64,000 bases of DNA, taken from the NCBI GenBank assembly GCA_030264375.1, contig JASCQW010000162.1, positions 58,775,105 through 58,839,104 of the forward strand, given 5' to 3'. Numbering within the stretch: position 1 is the stretch's first letter; every line of letters begins with the position of its first letter. Positions 25,860 to 39,073 of the stretch are shown here, in pieces. The position numbers and the translations under genes are program-made. The DNA is from Carcharhinus longimanus. Lineage: Eukaryota. The notes beneath the pieces were generated by a model. That model saw only the letters and a list, made by a program, of their open reading frames with translations, did no database searches and was not told the DNA's origin.

Positions 25860-26348
25860 AAAATTAGTAGCAACACACGGACTTATATTTGGGCTACCAG
25901 TCATCAAGCCTCCAGAACACCTCTGAGTCAGAAAGAGATCTATTTCTTCTAGTAGGTTCCAAACAGCAGCCTCCAGCGGCAGAGAGAGAGAGAGAGAGAG
26001 AGAAAAAGAAAGAGAAGGAGAAAGAGAGGCTTCTTGCTTCTTTCAGAACCTGGCCATAACTGCCTGCTTTTCCGTGTATGGTTAGCTCCTCCCTTTAAGC
26101 ACATGTCAATCAACCTAATCAAAACCTACTCTGAAAGCCCAGGAGAAAAATCTAATAAACAAAAATGCATTAACTCAGATTAAAACAACACATGCCTAGC
26201 TGAAATCAATCATTGGCCTGCATTCATGGCATGTGAGCTGCCCGGTTTGTAGACAAATCGGCACCATGTAAAACAGCTGAATTTTACACATGTCACTTAC
26301 AAGAAACATGATATAAGCACATTCCTTAAAAGGCACAGTATCATCACA
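25860..26348 (-). mobile_element. LTR-like remnant containing an (AG)n microsatellite (25981-26030)
   Basis: Minus strand starts TGTGATGATACTGTGCCTTTTAAGG, an LTR-type start; internal purine tract. The other end and TSD were not found. Confidence 0.45.
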
Positions 26349-27679
26349 ATGTTGTCAATGAATGATATTTCTCAGATTGAAGACGCTTGCAAATGTCAAA
26401 TACATGGGCTGAAAGTTTCAGCATTTAGTTACATCAAAGGCACCTGGTTCATATGTGTAGTTCTATTTTAAGACAACAGGTTGAAATTATTATCCAGTTA
26501 TCTCATCGGCTCAGACCATATCCTGATGGAATAGGTTATCTATGAATACAAACTGAAACCCTTTTCCTGACCTGAGCTGAAGTTCTAATTCCAGAATGTT
26601 CTAGCTGATGAAATGTGAAGTGAGCTAACAGATCTGATTGATGGGTGACCTTAAGGATTTGGCGACAGGAAGTGCAGTAGGCGAATGTGGAACAATTGAA
26701 GATGATTGTTGGTTTGTGATTACAAACTGTGCTGTTGAAGCTGTCCAGCAGGAAGTGACTGGGAATCGATGATATCAGACAGAAATCCACATTTCCCCAA
26801 AATGGAACCCTCTCGATCTGTACGCTGCTTAATACAGCCGAACCAATGGATAGTCCAGTACCATAAATTAAAAAACACATTTTTGGGGAATCAACCACTC
26901 CAATATTCGCTCAATTATACAAATGATTGCATTACCCAAATAATGTGCGAGTCCTTAATCTTCAGATAATCTTAAATTTCAGCATTTTGGTAAGCTAACA
27001 AATAAGTTAGCTGTGTCTTATTATGCCGACCATGGGAAAGCCAAGAATCCACTTAGAGAGCTGTGTGCTTTGTGCATTACAGGGGACGAGGGAGGGAATA
27101 AAAAGGAGCTATAATCAAAGACAGGCTGTACACATGTCAATTTTGTATGCTTTGCCTATAGACCAACAGCACACAGCTCCTGTCAGTGCTATTTGTGATC
27201 AAACTCTGTATCAGTCATCTCGACTAGTTATCTTCAATTCAGCACAACCCTAGCTTCTGCCACTTGCAGCTGCCTGTCATTTGCAATAGCTGTGAGGCTT
27301 TGACATGGCCATTTCTTTTTTGTTGCACAGTTTCCATTAATAAAGAATAAGGACTAAAATGCAAAACGTCTTTGATGGCCAGGCTTTGTTCCTGGAATAA
27401 GTCTCCAGCACAGAAGGGAAGGCAAATACATCAGGGCTTGCTTTGCTGCCCAAGACATGAAGTAATTTGACATAGTCACATTAATCTTTTTGCTATAGGT
27501 TTGTCTCTCCTCTTTCAATTAATCATTTTTCCTTTGTTCTAGCTTCTTTCAATTTTTCTAGTCAGGACTTTAGATGTTCTGGACAAATTGCTACTCCGTT
27601 ATCAGCAGATATAGTGCTTGCAATATCACTGACCTATTAGTTTCCCAGCTGCTTAAAACAGTTCTCCATTCTTGTAGAG

Positions 27680-27915
27680 TGTTGTAATGTCTTAAGTAGG
27701 TTAATTCAATGTATTTATTAACCACAATAACTATGTACATATAGACAGTAAAGGCTTCAGGCTCGGAGTTGCATCCATATTTGCTTGTGCACATAGCTCT
27801 GTCCAATACTAGACTGACCCCTTGGTGCAGGTCACATGTTCTCTTACATTACCATGTGGGTGCTACTGTACTCATTCCTACATTAACTCTATGTATATCA
27901 GTTCCTTATACTACA
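27680..27915 (-). mobile_element. Short solo LTR (Gypsy-like)
   Basis: TGT...ACA termini and a minus-strand AATAAA near the 3' end. Similar units at ~32087-32408, ~34859-35034 and 53443-53640. TSD not preserved. Confidence 0.45.
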
Positions 27916-29496
27916 TCCACCACAGAAAAGTGTTAAAATGCATGCTTGAAGATTCATTGAGTTTTACTAGTAGTTGAAAATAGAATTTGCATTCAAGTCC
28001 TGATGTTTGAGTGACCAACAACCTAGCAAAAGTGGAAAATGCAATTAAAAAATAAAGTTAGGCCCCCCTCTCACAAAATAATATATTTTTCCAAATGGAA
28101 TTTCCTGGACAGCTTACATGTTGGTCTGAAAACAGCCAATTCACACTTTGTGTACTTCAGCGAATCAGTCTTCAAGGCTCTCCTGGATAAAGGAATCAAA
28201 TTGAACTCCGAACAGGCAACCAGACAAACAAAAAGATTCAACTCCACTCTAGTCAGTCCAAGTCCAATCTCTCAGAGAACGTTAAATGGCGTTAAATGAA
28301 CGTTAAATCTGCCATGATGCTGTTATTCTTGGCATCTTCTTCACGGATTCACTAAAACAACTCAAGGCTGGCATTTGGTCAAGAAATCTGGCGCTGCCTG
28401 TACAGGAGGCAAACTAGTACAAAATTCAGACTGTCGATTTCTTTTTGAACTGCTTATTTTTCCATCTTTGAAATCGGGATCCACTTCTGTGTGAACATTT
28501 GGTGAAAGCAGCCTTTTAGCTGGTGTGGCCTTGCTCCAATATTTTCTACCAGCCTCTCATAATTACTGAATCTTTGCAATGAAGACACTTTCCTTTGATC
28601 CAAAGTGGCAATTTTAGTTTTTTTTTCCCTAACTCATAGTAACAGCAACTCTTTGCTTTTTATTTTTAGTCCTTTCACGATGTGACCTCCAGACAGCCAC
28701 CACATTGATCTCACTGCCGCCTAATCATGCCACAGAACAGCAGCTCTTGGGGTCTTGATTCTGCAGAGTGAGCAGTTACTGAAAGGAGCCTCCCTGATTT
28801 AAAAAAGGAATCCGATGACCTCAGCGATGAGTCAATCATACACTACACACAGCAGGATTCAGTGATTTATTGGAAAATAAATTCAGTGTCGGATAGATCT
28901 CACGCTGCTGCAGATTAGACAGTCATTTGTGTCCCATTTTACTGCATGTTCTACCGTCTGCAAGACTACTGAATCAGAGATCTTAGTATGAAAAAGTATA
29001 GCTATTTCATCATTTGCTGCAAATGTATCCTCAATATGTCACATTGGATGATATTATATATTATACATTAACATAATTTGTATGGTACTGACATGTCGAA
29101 TTTATACTCGTGTGATACTAATATAGGGTATAGAGTGTTCTGTAAGCTCAGAAGCTGCAGGCAGAGTCACAAGTGACAGGAAAAGAAAAGCATCTTGTTC
29201 ACAGGAGCACCTGATACCATATAACCCACACTTCTCCACATGATGGTTATGAATAACCTGCACATTTCATCTGAACTCCATCAGTAATCCATCAACATTT
29301 TATATAAGGTCCCCTACATGGTAGATCGCAATTTTTAGAACTTCACAAAGCATCTGATGCAGGAATTCATTGTTGATCTACAATTGCTGCATTCACAACT
29401 GAGATTCCACAACTGCAATGAGAGTGGAGTCAGGAATAACTTCAGTGAGAAGAAAGGGTTTACTTCCAGGACAGTCCATCGCACTCAGCTTGACTT

Positions 29497-29742
29497 TCAT
29501 AGAATCTTAGAATCCCTACAGTGCAGAAGGAAACCATTTGGGCCATCAAGCCTGCACCGATCCTCCAATAGAATATCTAACCTCAGCCTTATTCCCATAA
29601 TCTTAGGTATTTAACTCACTAATCCCCCTAACCTGCATGCCTCGGGACACTAAGAGACAATTTAGTGTGACCATTCTACCTAAACTGCGCATCTTTGGAT
29701 TGTGGGAGGAAACTGGAGCACCCGGAGACACGGGGAGAACGT
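29497..29742 (-). mobile_element. HE1 V-SINE, head missing
   Basis: Tail and V-domain present; abruptly ends at 'ggggagaacgt' where the 74-bp inverted repeat starts. Confidence 0.9.
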
Positions 29743-31060
29743 GTCAGTTCCTTTCCCCATCTGCCTACTTGGAAATACATTAACATTCCTTGTGATGATG
29801 TTGTGCACTGATTCATTGATACTTCACACAGACTTTGTAGCCTTGAATACTAATCAACCATTGATCCGTTATAGGAAGTCAACCTGGGAGGGTAGGAGAG
29901 AACAAGTAAAGAGAGAAAGATATAAAGTTATGGGGATCTACCCCAATACATCACAAACAAAATCAGAAAATGCTCGAAAATCTCAGCCAGTCTGACACCA
30001 TCTGTGGAGAGAGAATACAGCCAACATTTTGAGCCTAGATGACCTCTTCTCAAAGCTTTTGTCGGAGAGAATCATATCATAGAATCATACAGCGCAGAAA
30101 GACGCCCTTCGGCCCATCGAGTCTGCACCAACCACAATCCTACCCAGGCCCTAGCCCCATATCCCTACATATTTTACCCGTAATCCCTCTAACCTACGCA
30201 TCTCAGGACACTATGGGGCAATTTTTTAGCACGGCCAATCAACCTAACCCACACATCTTTGGACCGTGGGAGGAAACCGGAGCACCCGGAGGAAACACAT
30301 GCAGACATGAGGAGAATGTGCAAACTCCACACAGGCAGTGACCCGAGCTGGGAATGGAGTCACTCGATTCCCGTGGATGGAATCCTCAAACGAGTGGGTG
30401 GGATGTTACTGAAGAAGAACAGTACTTCTTCAGGGAAGGCATTCCTAAGGCTAGGATGAAGGGACATCTGGACTCAAAACATTGGCTCTATTCTATCTCC
30501 ACAGATGCTGTCAGGCCTGCTGAGATTTCCCAGAATTTTTGGTTTTTGTTTCAGATTCCAGCATATGCAATATTTTGCTTTTATGCCTATATATATTCTT
30601 AAAAAGTAAAGGAATTCAGGACTATTTTGTCACCTAGAAGCTTGGCATTTGACCATTATGTAACCCATCATGACAGAGAAATTCCAAACTCCACCCCACC
30701 ATTCACCAATAGTCATACATCCAACAGGCAACCATTACACAAATGCTCCAACTACCTGAATAAGAGTTAAAATAGTGTAAAATCAATAGCCAGTAAATTT
30801 GGGAATCAATGCATAGAGCTCCAGAATATATACAACAATAAACCTTACATCCTTCCTTACCTTCATGATCTCTGTGTCCCCATGACATTTTCTGTTGGCT
30901 GACCTCATTTTTGTAAAAACAAACTTTTTTTGGGGAGAGACTGTCTTGAACAGATTTTTGTGGAGCCGATTTAAACTTCCAGTGCGATGAATCAGTGCAC
31001 AACAACATCACAAGGAATGTTAATATATTTCCAAGTAGGCAGATGGGGAAAGGAACTGAC
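29743..31060. repeat. 74-bp inverted repeat pair (29743-29816 / 30987-31060), 2 mismatches
   Basis: gtcagttcctttccccatctgcctacttggaaatac/tattaacattccttgtgatga/ttgttgtgcactgattcat, read directly on opposite strands. Confidence 0.95.
29959..30585 (+). mobile_element. Fold-back Penelope-type terminal element with a nested HE1 SINE (30068-30357, minus)
   Basis: Imperfect ~90-bp inverted arms at ~29959-30050 and ~30457-30548. Decayed hammerhead-like 'gatgaagggacatctggactcaaaacatt'. Tail 'tcagattccagcatatgcaatattttgctttt'. Confidence 0.75.
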
Positions 31061-32924
31061 TAGGTGACCTGTTATAGACAGTTAGTGGTGAGGTTTCATA
31101 CTGGCATGACAAAGAGTTATATTTAGATTGCTGCATGATCTAGGGTGCCAGTGAGTCACAAAATGAGAAACTTGAACTGGGTCCTTGTAAATTTATTGAA
31201 GAGAATTGCTGTCATTCCCAACCCATTTGGATTCCTACCTTATTTGGAAAGCAGCCGCACGGTGGATGTTATCCAAATAGACAAAATAAAACTCTCTCAA
31301 AAAAATCTGACACCTCTTCATAAAATGGGAACTTGGATATGCGTGGGATTAGGGTGGAGATGAGGCATCATGGTGGGATGGTCTTTCAAAGAGTCAGTGC
31401 AGATTTGATGGGCTGGATGGCCTCCTTCTGTTGTTCTGTGGAGTGAAACCACAAGTGAAGTGTCATCATTAATTCTGGAACCTGAGCAGTACGTTATAGA
31501 CAGCCAAGTGTTAACCAATTAAAAATAGGAATAACTGTCTAAAATTAAGTGGCAGTTGCAGTGATCAGTGATTCAAGCTAAAGATAGGCCTTCTCCTGAA
31601 ACATCCATTTTGTATTTTGAAGCTCTATAGTGAGAGAAAAGTTTGTTTTGTCTGTCTGAATTGCTAGTGCCTCAGAGAGTGATAATGTTTATCCATCAAG
31701 CGAAGATTGTCTGGCAGCGAAAATTATGGTTTGAATTTCATGGGTCGCAGGGGATCATCGAACCCCTTAAAGTCTGCCTGAAATGCTGAAAACAAATAGC
31801 CAGAGTGCTCTTTTTAAATATATTCCAACTCTTTATTCAATGCCAACTGATCATTCAGTAAAAAGCACCAATGAATCTCTGGCCAGTCAACAAGTGTCTC
31901 CTGTACACGGGCTTATGTGGGAAAGGATTATCCAGTGAAACCATTAAAAAACAATCACCCTTTCAGCCTAACATACGTGTGATATCACTCAGCTGTCGGA
32001 ACATGGGCGTTCTCTTGCAGACCTTAATGTCTTTGGTAGTTCAAAAACTATGACATTGACACTCAGGAAAACCCACTGGAAATTATTGTCAGCTTAGTTT
32101 TGAAATAATTACCAAGATGCAGGTTTGTACAAACAATAACGGTTTATTGTATACAACTAAACTATCGCCAGGATTTTAAGGCCTTGCAGCAGCATGTCTC
32201 CCCACCATTGGATGCTGCGAACTGTTAGAATCTTCTTTGGTTCAGCATTATCCTAGATTATGGAGAGCTACTCAAGACTGGATGTTACCTTGTTGTTCAG
32301 GTGTTACTGAAACAATGTCACATTCTCCCCTTAACTCCTGGTCATGTGTTCTCTGATATCACCATTATGCTATTTACACAATCTCACACATTAATCTGTT
32401 ATACAACAGAGATATTGGGTGGGGTTTTATGGCCTTGTTCAGGTAAGGACTGGAAATTCCCGCCTGAGGTCAACGGAGATTTTCAATCTCGGACCCTCGC
32501 CCGTGCCGATTTTGTGGCAGACAAGGTGGTAGAGTTCCGGCTGTTAGGTTTTTCCCAATTCCTGTCACACTGGGAGCTGGGGTGGGAGGACCTGGTCGCC
32601 CATTAAAAACCCAGATCCAAGTGCAGCGTATGTGTCAGGGACATTTTAACCTAGCTATTCCCATACTATTACCAGGTTTTCTGACCAATTACTGTAAGCA
32701 GACATGATGATGTGCTCAAGTCAATTTCAACATTGTTTAAAATGACGTTGCAAACATGAAATCTGATGGGATCTGGAGTTGGGAAATAATGCAGGGAGGT
32801 GACAGAATGGAGTGCAAACACCCTAAGGCTGCACCTTGTTTCAATCACAGTAACTTCATTGCACTGTTAATGTAAGCCTATTTGTGACATTAATTTAAGA
32901 AAGCATTCGCACCATCGGTGTGCC

Positions 32925-33548
32925 AGACAATGACAACAAAAGAGAATCTAACCAATCTAACCCTTGACCTTCATGGCATTTCCATTGCTGAATCGCCCAC
33001 TTTTAACATTCTTGTGGTTGCCATTACCAGAAACTGAACTGAACCAGCCATGTAAATATTGTGGCTACAAGAGCTAGTCAGAGACTGGAAATTGTGGTGA
33101 GAATAACTCACCTCTTGAATCCAAGAAGCGCGCGCACCATATACAAGCCAGGAGCTGCCTGGATGACCACAGCTCCAACAACACTTGAGAAGCTCAACAC
33201 CATTCACAACAAAGCAGTTTACTTGACTGGCACCCCAACCATCAACTTCAATTTCAACTCTCTCCACCTCTGATGCTCGGTGGCAGCAGTGTGTGCCATC
33301 TACAAGATTTACTGCTCTGGCAGAATCTTCCAAATCCACAACTTCTTCCACCTCAAAGGACAAGAGCAGTAAAGGCATGGAAACTCCACCACATGCAAGT
33401 TCCGCTCCAAGCCACTCACCATCTTGTTTGGAAATGTATCAGTGCTTCTTTACTGTCACTGAGTCAAAATCTTGGAACTCCCTCCATAACAGCACTGTGT
33501 ATTTACCTACATCACAGAGATTGCAACAGTTCAAGAGGCATCTTATCA
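32925..33548 (+). mobile_element. Crack/L2-like LINE fragment
   Basis: Paralog of 7393-8028 ('ATRASQRLEIVVRITHLL'). Confidence 0.85.
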
Positions 33549-35099
33549 CCTGGAACAATTGGGACTCAATAGGGAATCACCCCAGGGGTGGTGGGGTCTC
33601 CTCCCTTTGGTAGAGACATGTGGGGAGAAAGCTGCAGCCGTTCGGCTAGTGAACAATTCATAATTAATTAATTTTGTTTTCATTAATGGAGTCCCTGAAA
33701 GTGCATCTTTACATGACTGTTACTGGTGGCACTGGCAAACAAGCCATTGGTCACTTTGTTCTACCAATTGTGAAATCTTGGCAATGTCTCTGGCAGAACC
33801 AGAGGCAAAGGCATTAAGGATGGCAGTGTCAACATATGGTCCTCAGACCCACTAGGCTAACACATTACAGTTAAATGCAGAAACTGCAGGTTGGCTCTAG
33901 CTTCTAGACACGCTGTCAATTTCCATGTTTTTAATCCCTTCACCGTTCCACCGCCAGCTGCCAAACATGCACACTCCTGCAAGTTAAAACTCACCACGCT
34001 CTAATGTATCAGCTCGACTTTAACCTCATCAGCAACAACTGGGGGGACAAGGTGGTGGTAATAGAATTTTATTATAGCAAATGACTAGTCGTCTATCATC
34101 ATACAAAGTTGTAATGTTGCAACTGATGAAAGCTGCATTCACAACTGTCATATATCACAGTGGCAGCTTTGTGTGTGCGCATCCAGATGAGACTAACAAA
34201 AACAAATTGAGCACAGCATTTCTCTGGATATCAAGCCACATCTTCCTCCAGCTCTCACTGGTTCAAGGCTCTGGGCCTTGAAGTCAGTGTGTTAAATAAA
34301 ATGACCTTCAAAAGAGGCAAGGTTTGCTCAGTGTGGGAGTAGAGAAGGATGGCGGTGTTAATTTATTCCTGAATTATTTACAACCTTCACTCTCAGATAG
34401 CATCTGACTCCCTGCTGTGGCATGTAGCATATACCCTTCAATAGATAACGAAAATTCAAGTAATTAGGAACATTGATCTGCCTCCAAAAGTTAAATGATT
34501 GAGATTGTTCAGTGACTTCTCCCTCCTCATTGTTTCACTCAATGTTTTCATCATTATAATTGATTATCTTGGTTACTTTCTACCATTGTTCATTTTTAAG
34601 TATAACCTGCAAAGCCTTTCCCTAACTTCCACTTTCTTAACAACTTACTCAACCAAACATTGTTGCTCACCAATTACATTACAGCATTTGAAAAATGTTA
34701 CAGTAACAAAATACCTTCTGCAGTTGGTACCAAACAACTGACTCACCCAATCCACAGCAAATGCACAAATTAAAATTTATCACACCACAACCACAGAGTG
34801 AAGACAAAGAGAAATACCGGAATCTGGTCCCAACAACTTCTCCAATTATGTTTGCCCCTGTAGACTAAGCCACAAAAAGAATCAGGAGGTAGACTTGAAT
34901 ACTTCAATACGGGGAGCTGTTTATTGAAGGTGTGGCCTCATTCACACTCAGAGCTAAAATTGCCCAAGAAAGTCCCACACTAGGCAGTGCTAACAGTCCA
35001 GTGTCACTGATCCATACTCTTAAAGACACGCACACAGACTTCATTCTTCCTCTCTGTCATCCCTTCCATTTGTAGCTCATTGAATAGATGCACAATACT

Positions 35100-35410
35100 A
35101 TGGCCAGTTTGGATTAGGAAATACTGTTCTTATTAGCTGCTGGTACATGAACAATAGGATAGAGATTTGAGATTTTGGGCAAGAGATGCAGGGGAGAATA
35201 TTTTTATGCAAACATGGTAATGGCCTTGAACTCACTGCCCGGGGGGTGGTGAAAGAAAAGGGGATCAATGATTTTGAAAGCAAACTGGATGGGAACTTGA
35301 AAGGAATAAACTTGCAGCATTGGCAGGATGGAGCAGGGAATGGCTGTGACTGGATTGCTCTAGAGAGAGCTGAAATTAACTTGATGGACCAAATGGCCTC
35401 CTTGTATATC
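35100..35410 (+). mobile_element. Old CR1 3' end
   Basis: Same family as 5841-6200 in the opposite orientation. Confidence 0.7.
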
Positions 35411-36034
35411 ATAGTGGCCTCATCACTCTATGTCCTGTCCGGCTTGATCTCCGAGTATCATGGATTCTGTGTTCTGTTGACAAATATTGTACTAAATTCC
35501 CAGGACTCTCTGGACACGATCATACCACCTATTCAGGCCACGCTCCCACTGAAAGTGGAGATTTTGGTGACACCATCAGGGAACCCACTACGGGCGGGAA
35601 GGTGGGGTTGACCTTTGGCAGGTCTGGAAAATCCCACCAGCGGGAAGGGCTGGAAAATCCTACCCAGTCTATTTGTAAAGAAGAAGATGGATTGGCTTAG
35701 TAACCAAAATGGGGAGTGGGTGCACTGCAGCGTGGGAAGAAGCAGAGAACTATAGAGTAGTTAATGCACAACATAGGCTGACATTCAGTTCAATGCCTAG
35801 AAAACCCTTTATGTTCCTAGTAGATTATCTGGCATTGCAGTCTCTCTGCAAGGTAGCATTCTTGATTAAAGGTTGTTACCAATTTGGGCCTCAGGGTATT
35901 TGGAGTTATTTTATGTTGCTATGAGCTTAAAATTTATCCCACAAGAGGATTGGTTTGGCAATACCCAAGATACATGCAGTATTGATTAGGTTCAATAGCT
36001 GGAGTTCCTGATAAAGCAAATAATAGAGAGTTGG

Positions 36035-36368
36035 CAGATGGTGACATAGTGGTAATCTTACTGGATTAGTATTTCAAAGGCTAGGCTAATGGTTTGAGGA
36101 CATGGGTTCAAAGCGCAACAGACATGAATTCAATTAATAAATCTAGAATATAATTGTGACCATGACAACTATCGTCAATTGTTGGGAAGGAAATCTGCCA
36201 TCCTTACTTGGTCGGACCTATGTGACTCCAAACCACAGAAATGTTGTTAACTCTTAACTGTCTCCCTGTAATGGTTTAGTAAGCCACTCAGTTCAAGGAA
36301 AGTTAAGGAGTAGGTAACAAATGCTGGCCTTCCAGTGAAACTCACATCCCATTAAAGTATAAATTAAT
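36035..36368 (+). mobile_element. tRNA-headed SINE with Crack/L2-like tail
   Basis: Paralog of 2885-3232. Confidence 0.8.
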
Positions 36369-36649
36369 AAAGTTATGAATGAAATACTGTTAGTTCAAGT
36401 CCAACAAGAGGAAATCAACACCACTGAGAATCATCGACATTGAGGGATTGGTTTAATGAGCACAGCAGAAGATTTCACTGGTAAGACAATGTAGTTTTGG
36501 GTTTCACACCCAAGGGAGGACACTATGGGCCAAATTACCTCCTTCTATGGCGTAACAATACTATAGTTAGCCAGGAGGAAAATAGGTGGTCACTTTGCAT
36601 GTCAAAAGGCCAATCCATGACACAAAAAGCTATGAGGGGAAGAGGTTAA

Positions 36650-36730
36650 ACATACGTATGTGTACACACATGCGCATGCATACGTTGTCTGTGTTGTGTG
36701 TGTGTGTGTGTGCATGCGTGCGCATGAGTG
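36650..36730. repeat. Alternating purine-pyrimidine (CA/TG/CG) compound microsatellite
   Basis: acatacgtatgtgtacacacatgcgcatgcatacg..(tg)n catgcgtgcgcatg. Confidence 0.85.
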
Positions 36731-37827
36731 TTTTTTTTGTGGGTATCTCTCTCTCTCCTGGTGGAAAAAAGCCAGTCTGCAGCCATTTTGAGTTTGAAAC
36801 AGTGAACTGGAGAGGTTTTGCTTTCTCTCCAGCAAGAGAATGACTGTGATTGATTCTAGGTCAAGGTATGAATACGAGAAGCCTATAAAAGGAAAGGCTA
36901 ATGCCAGCTAGTTTCAAGGATGGTTAGCTGCAAAGTGAGTTTAACCCATTAACAGAGCTGGAGTGGCATATTTTATTATTTTCTATCTTTCAAGGTGTGA
37001 TATGAAATAGATTGTGTTGCACGACAAGATGGTATTATGTGCATTCATGTATTTCATGTAAAATAAACGAGTTTGTTGGTTTACAATTGGCTTTCTGCAG
37101 GATATGAGAACCTTACATGGGCACATCAGGAGGCCAGTGCAACCATAGTAACATAAAGACTTACAGTCAGAAACCCTAGGTCCGATTCTCAAATATCTAA
37201 ATAGTATGTAGTAAACATATACTCTTGATTAAAATAATTGTGAGATATGTCTATAGGAGTGATGAGTGATCCTAAACCCAAGGAAATATCTGGTGCAGAT
37301 CTGAAATTGTAAACAGTAGTTTCAACTTGTTAATATCACCAAACTGGGGACAATGGATATCTGGATAAACACAGCTTGATCTGAATTACACTTAAGCTAG
37401 GCTGTGACAAATAGTGTTCAATAAGTGCAAGGCACCTTGGAAGTCAAGATACAAGGTGTACGTACCTCATAAGATGGAGCAGAGCCTGCTTAAGGCAGAC
37501 TACAAGAGAATTAAGAGTATTGACTGACTCATTGCCTATCGTGTTGAAACTGTGTTTGCTTTCGTGGCTCATTTAGTGAGATGCTGAGGTATATTGCTAA
37601 ATCAACTCAGCAAAAAAAAAAAGCCCAAATTCATTTTCAAACTGCCCAAACCATGTAAAGTTGTGTCACCAACATCCACGTGATTTTGCTACATCCTCGA
37701 AACAGTGTTGAGGAAAACAATAATACTCACACTGTGATTAAATTATGTGGACTGTACAATCTGATAATTTGCTTTTCAACCTTGAAAATGAGCATTCTAG
37801 ATAGATCCATTTAGAAGATACTTAAAA

Positions 37828-38112
37828 GGGGTGGCACAGTGGTTAGCATTGCTGCCAGGGACCCGGGTTCAATTCCCGACTTGGGTCACTGTCTTTGTGG
37901 AGTTTGCACATTCTCCCTGTGTTTACATGGTTTTCCTCTGGATGCTCCGATTTCCCCAACAGTCCAAAGATGTGCAGGTTAGGTGAATTGGTCATGCTAA
38001 ATTTTCCCTCAGTATACCCGAACAGGTGCCAGAATGCAATGACGAGGGAATTTTTATACTAAATTCATTGCAATGTGAATGTAAGCCTACTTGTGACTCG
38101 TAAATAAACATT
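37828..38112 (+). mobile_element. HE1-headed V-SINE with alternative 3' tail
   Basis: Same head and V-domain, but the tail is 'ccctcagtatacccgaacaggtgcc..ttcattgcaatgtgaatgtaagcctacttgtgactcgtaaataaac'. Confidence 0.88.
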
Positions 38113-39073
38113 AGAATAGAGACAGTGAACATGAAGCAATACTTCCTGACTGGCCATGTCATAGGGGCAAAAAACAGTAGCAACAGGGTATTGAAAGACA
38201 GACGTCAGGAATTTTTCTTGGTTAGAACAAGTTACTCAGAAGATATTTAACAGCAGGGCAATGGACTTATTCCAAAAGAATAAAGAAGAGTTGGATGTTG
38301 TTGTGGGAGGATGATAGGCTTATCATTCCAGAAAGACAAGGTGAAAAACATTAAAGAACCTTCCTTACCTTAATCCGTCCCATCATCACCTCAATATCAA
38401 AATGCCACAATACTTTCTTCGCTTCTAACTTGGGCATAGAGTGAGCAAGTCAGTTGGTGATTATACCCCTATTATATAAACCTTGGCCAAAAAATTGCCT
38501 ATCTTTGAATAATTAATGCCAATGCATATACAGGTATAATATTCTATTATTTCAATTTTACATCTGCACACATAACTTAAAAGCCAATCTTCATTTATCA
38601 AAAACACTGTTTTTACTTTCTGTAGTATTTACCATCATACCAGATCTGAGATTTGAAACTTGTTGCTATGGATACAATGAAGAGTCATTCTGGATTGCCC
38701 ATCAATCAACTCTTGTTGTCTTGCCTTGATGATGGTGGAGCAGTACAGATTTCACGAAGATACACCCAAAAAGAAAGAACACCATTCCAGTATGTCCACA
38801 CTCTCCCGGCAAACTGAGATTTATGCAAACTAGGTAAAATGGCAAAGATTGCATTGAAATTAATTGTTAAAGGTCAGCCATGATACATGGAACGTACTTA
38901 CACACTGACACTGATTTCATAGTTCAAAACTGATGATTCATGAGAAATAATGGCTGCTACATAAATAAGAATAATTCATGACACATTCTATCTATGACAC
39001 TTGCAACAGATTTTCTATTATAGTCTATCATGAAAATGTGTGAATTAAAGCTGTGTCTAACGTTTATAAAATT

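Noticed and set aside
38626-38833. Plus-strand acceptor (ttttactttctgtag) and downstream donor
   Set aside because: All three frames contain stops; no evidence beyond splice-like motifs.
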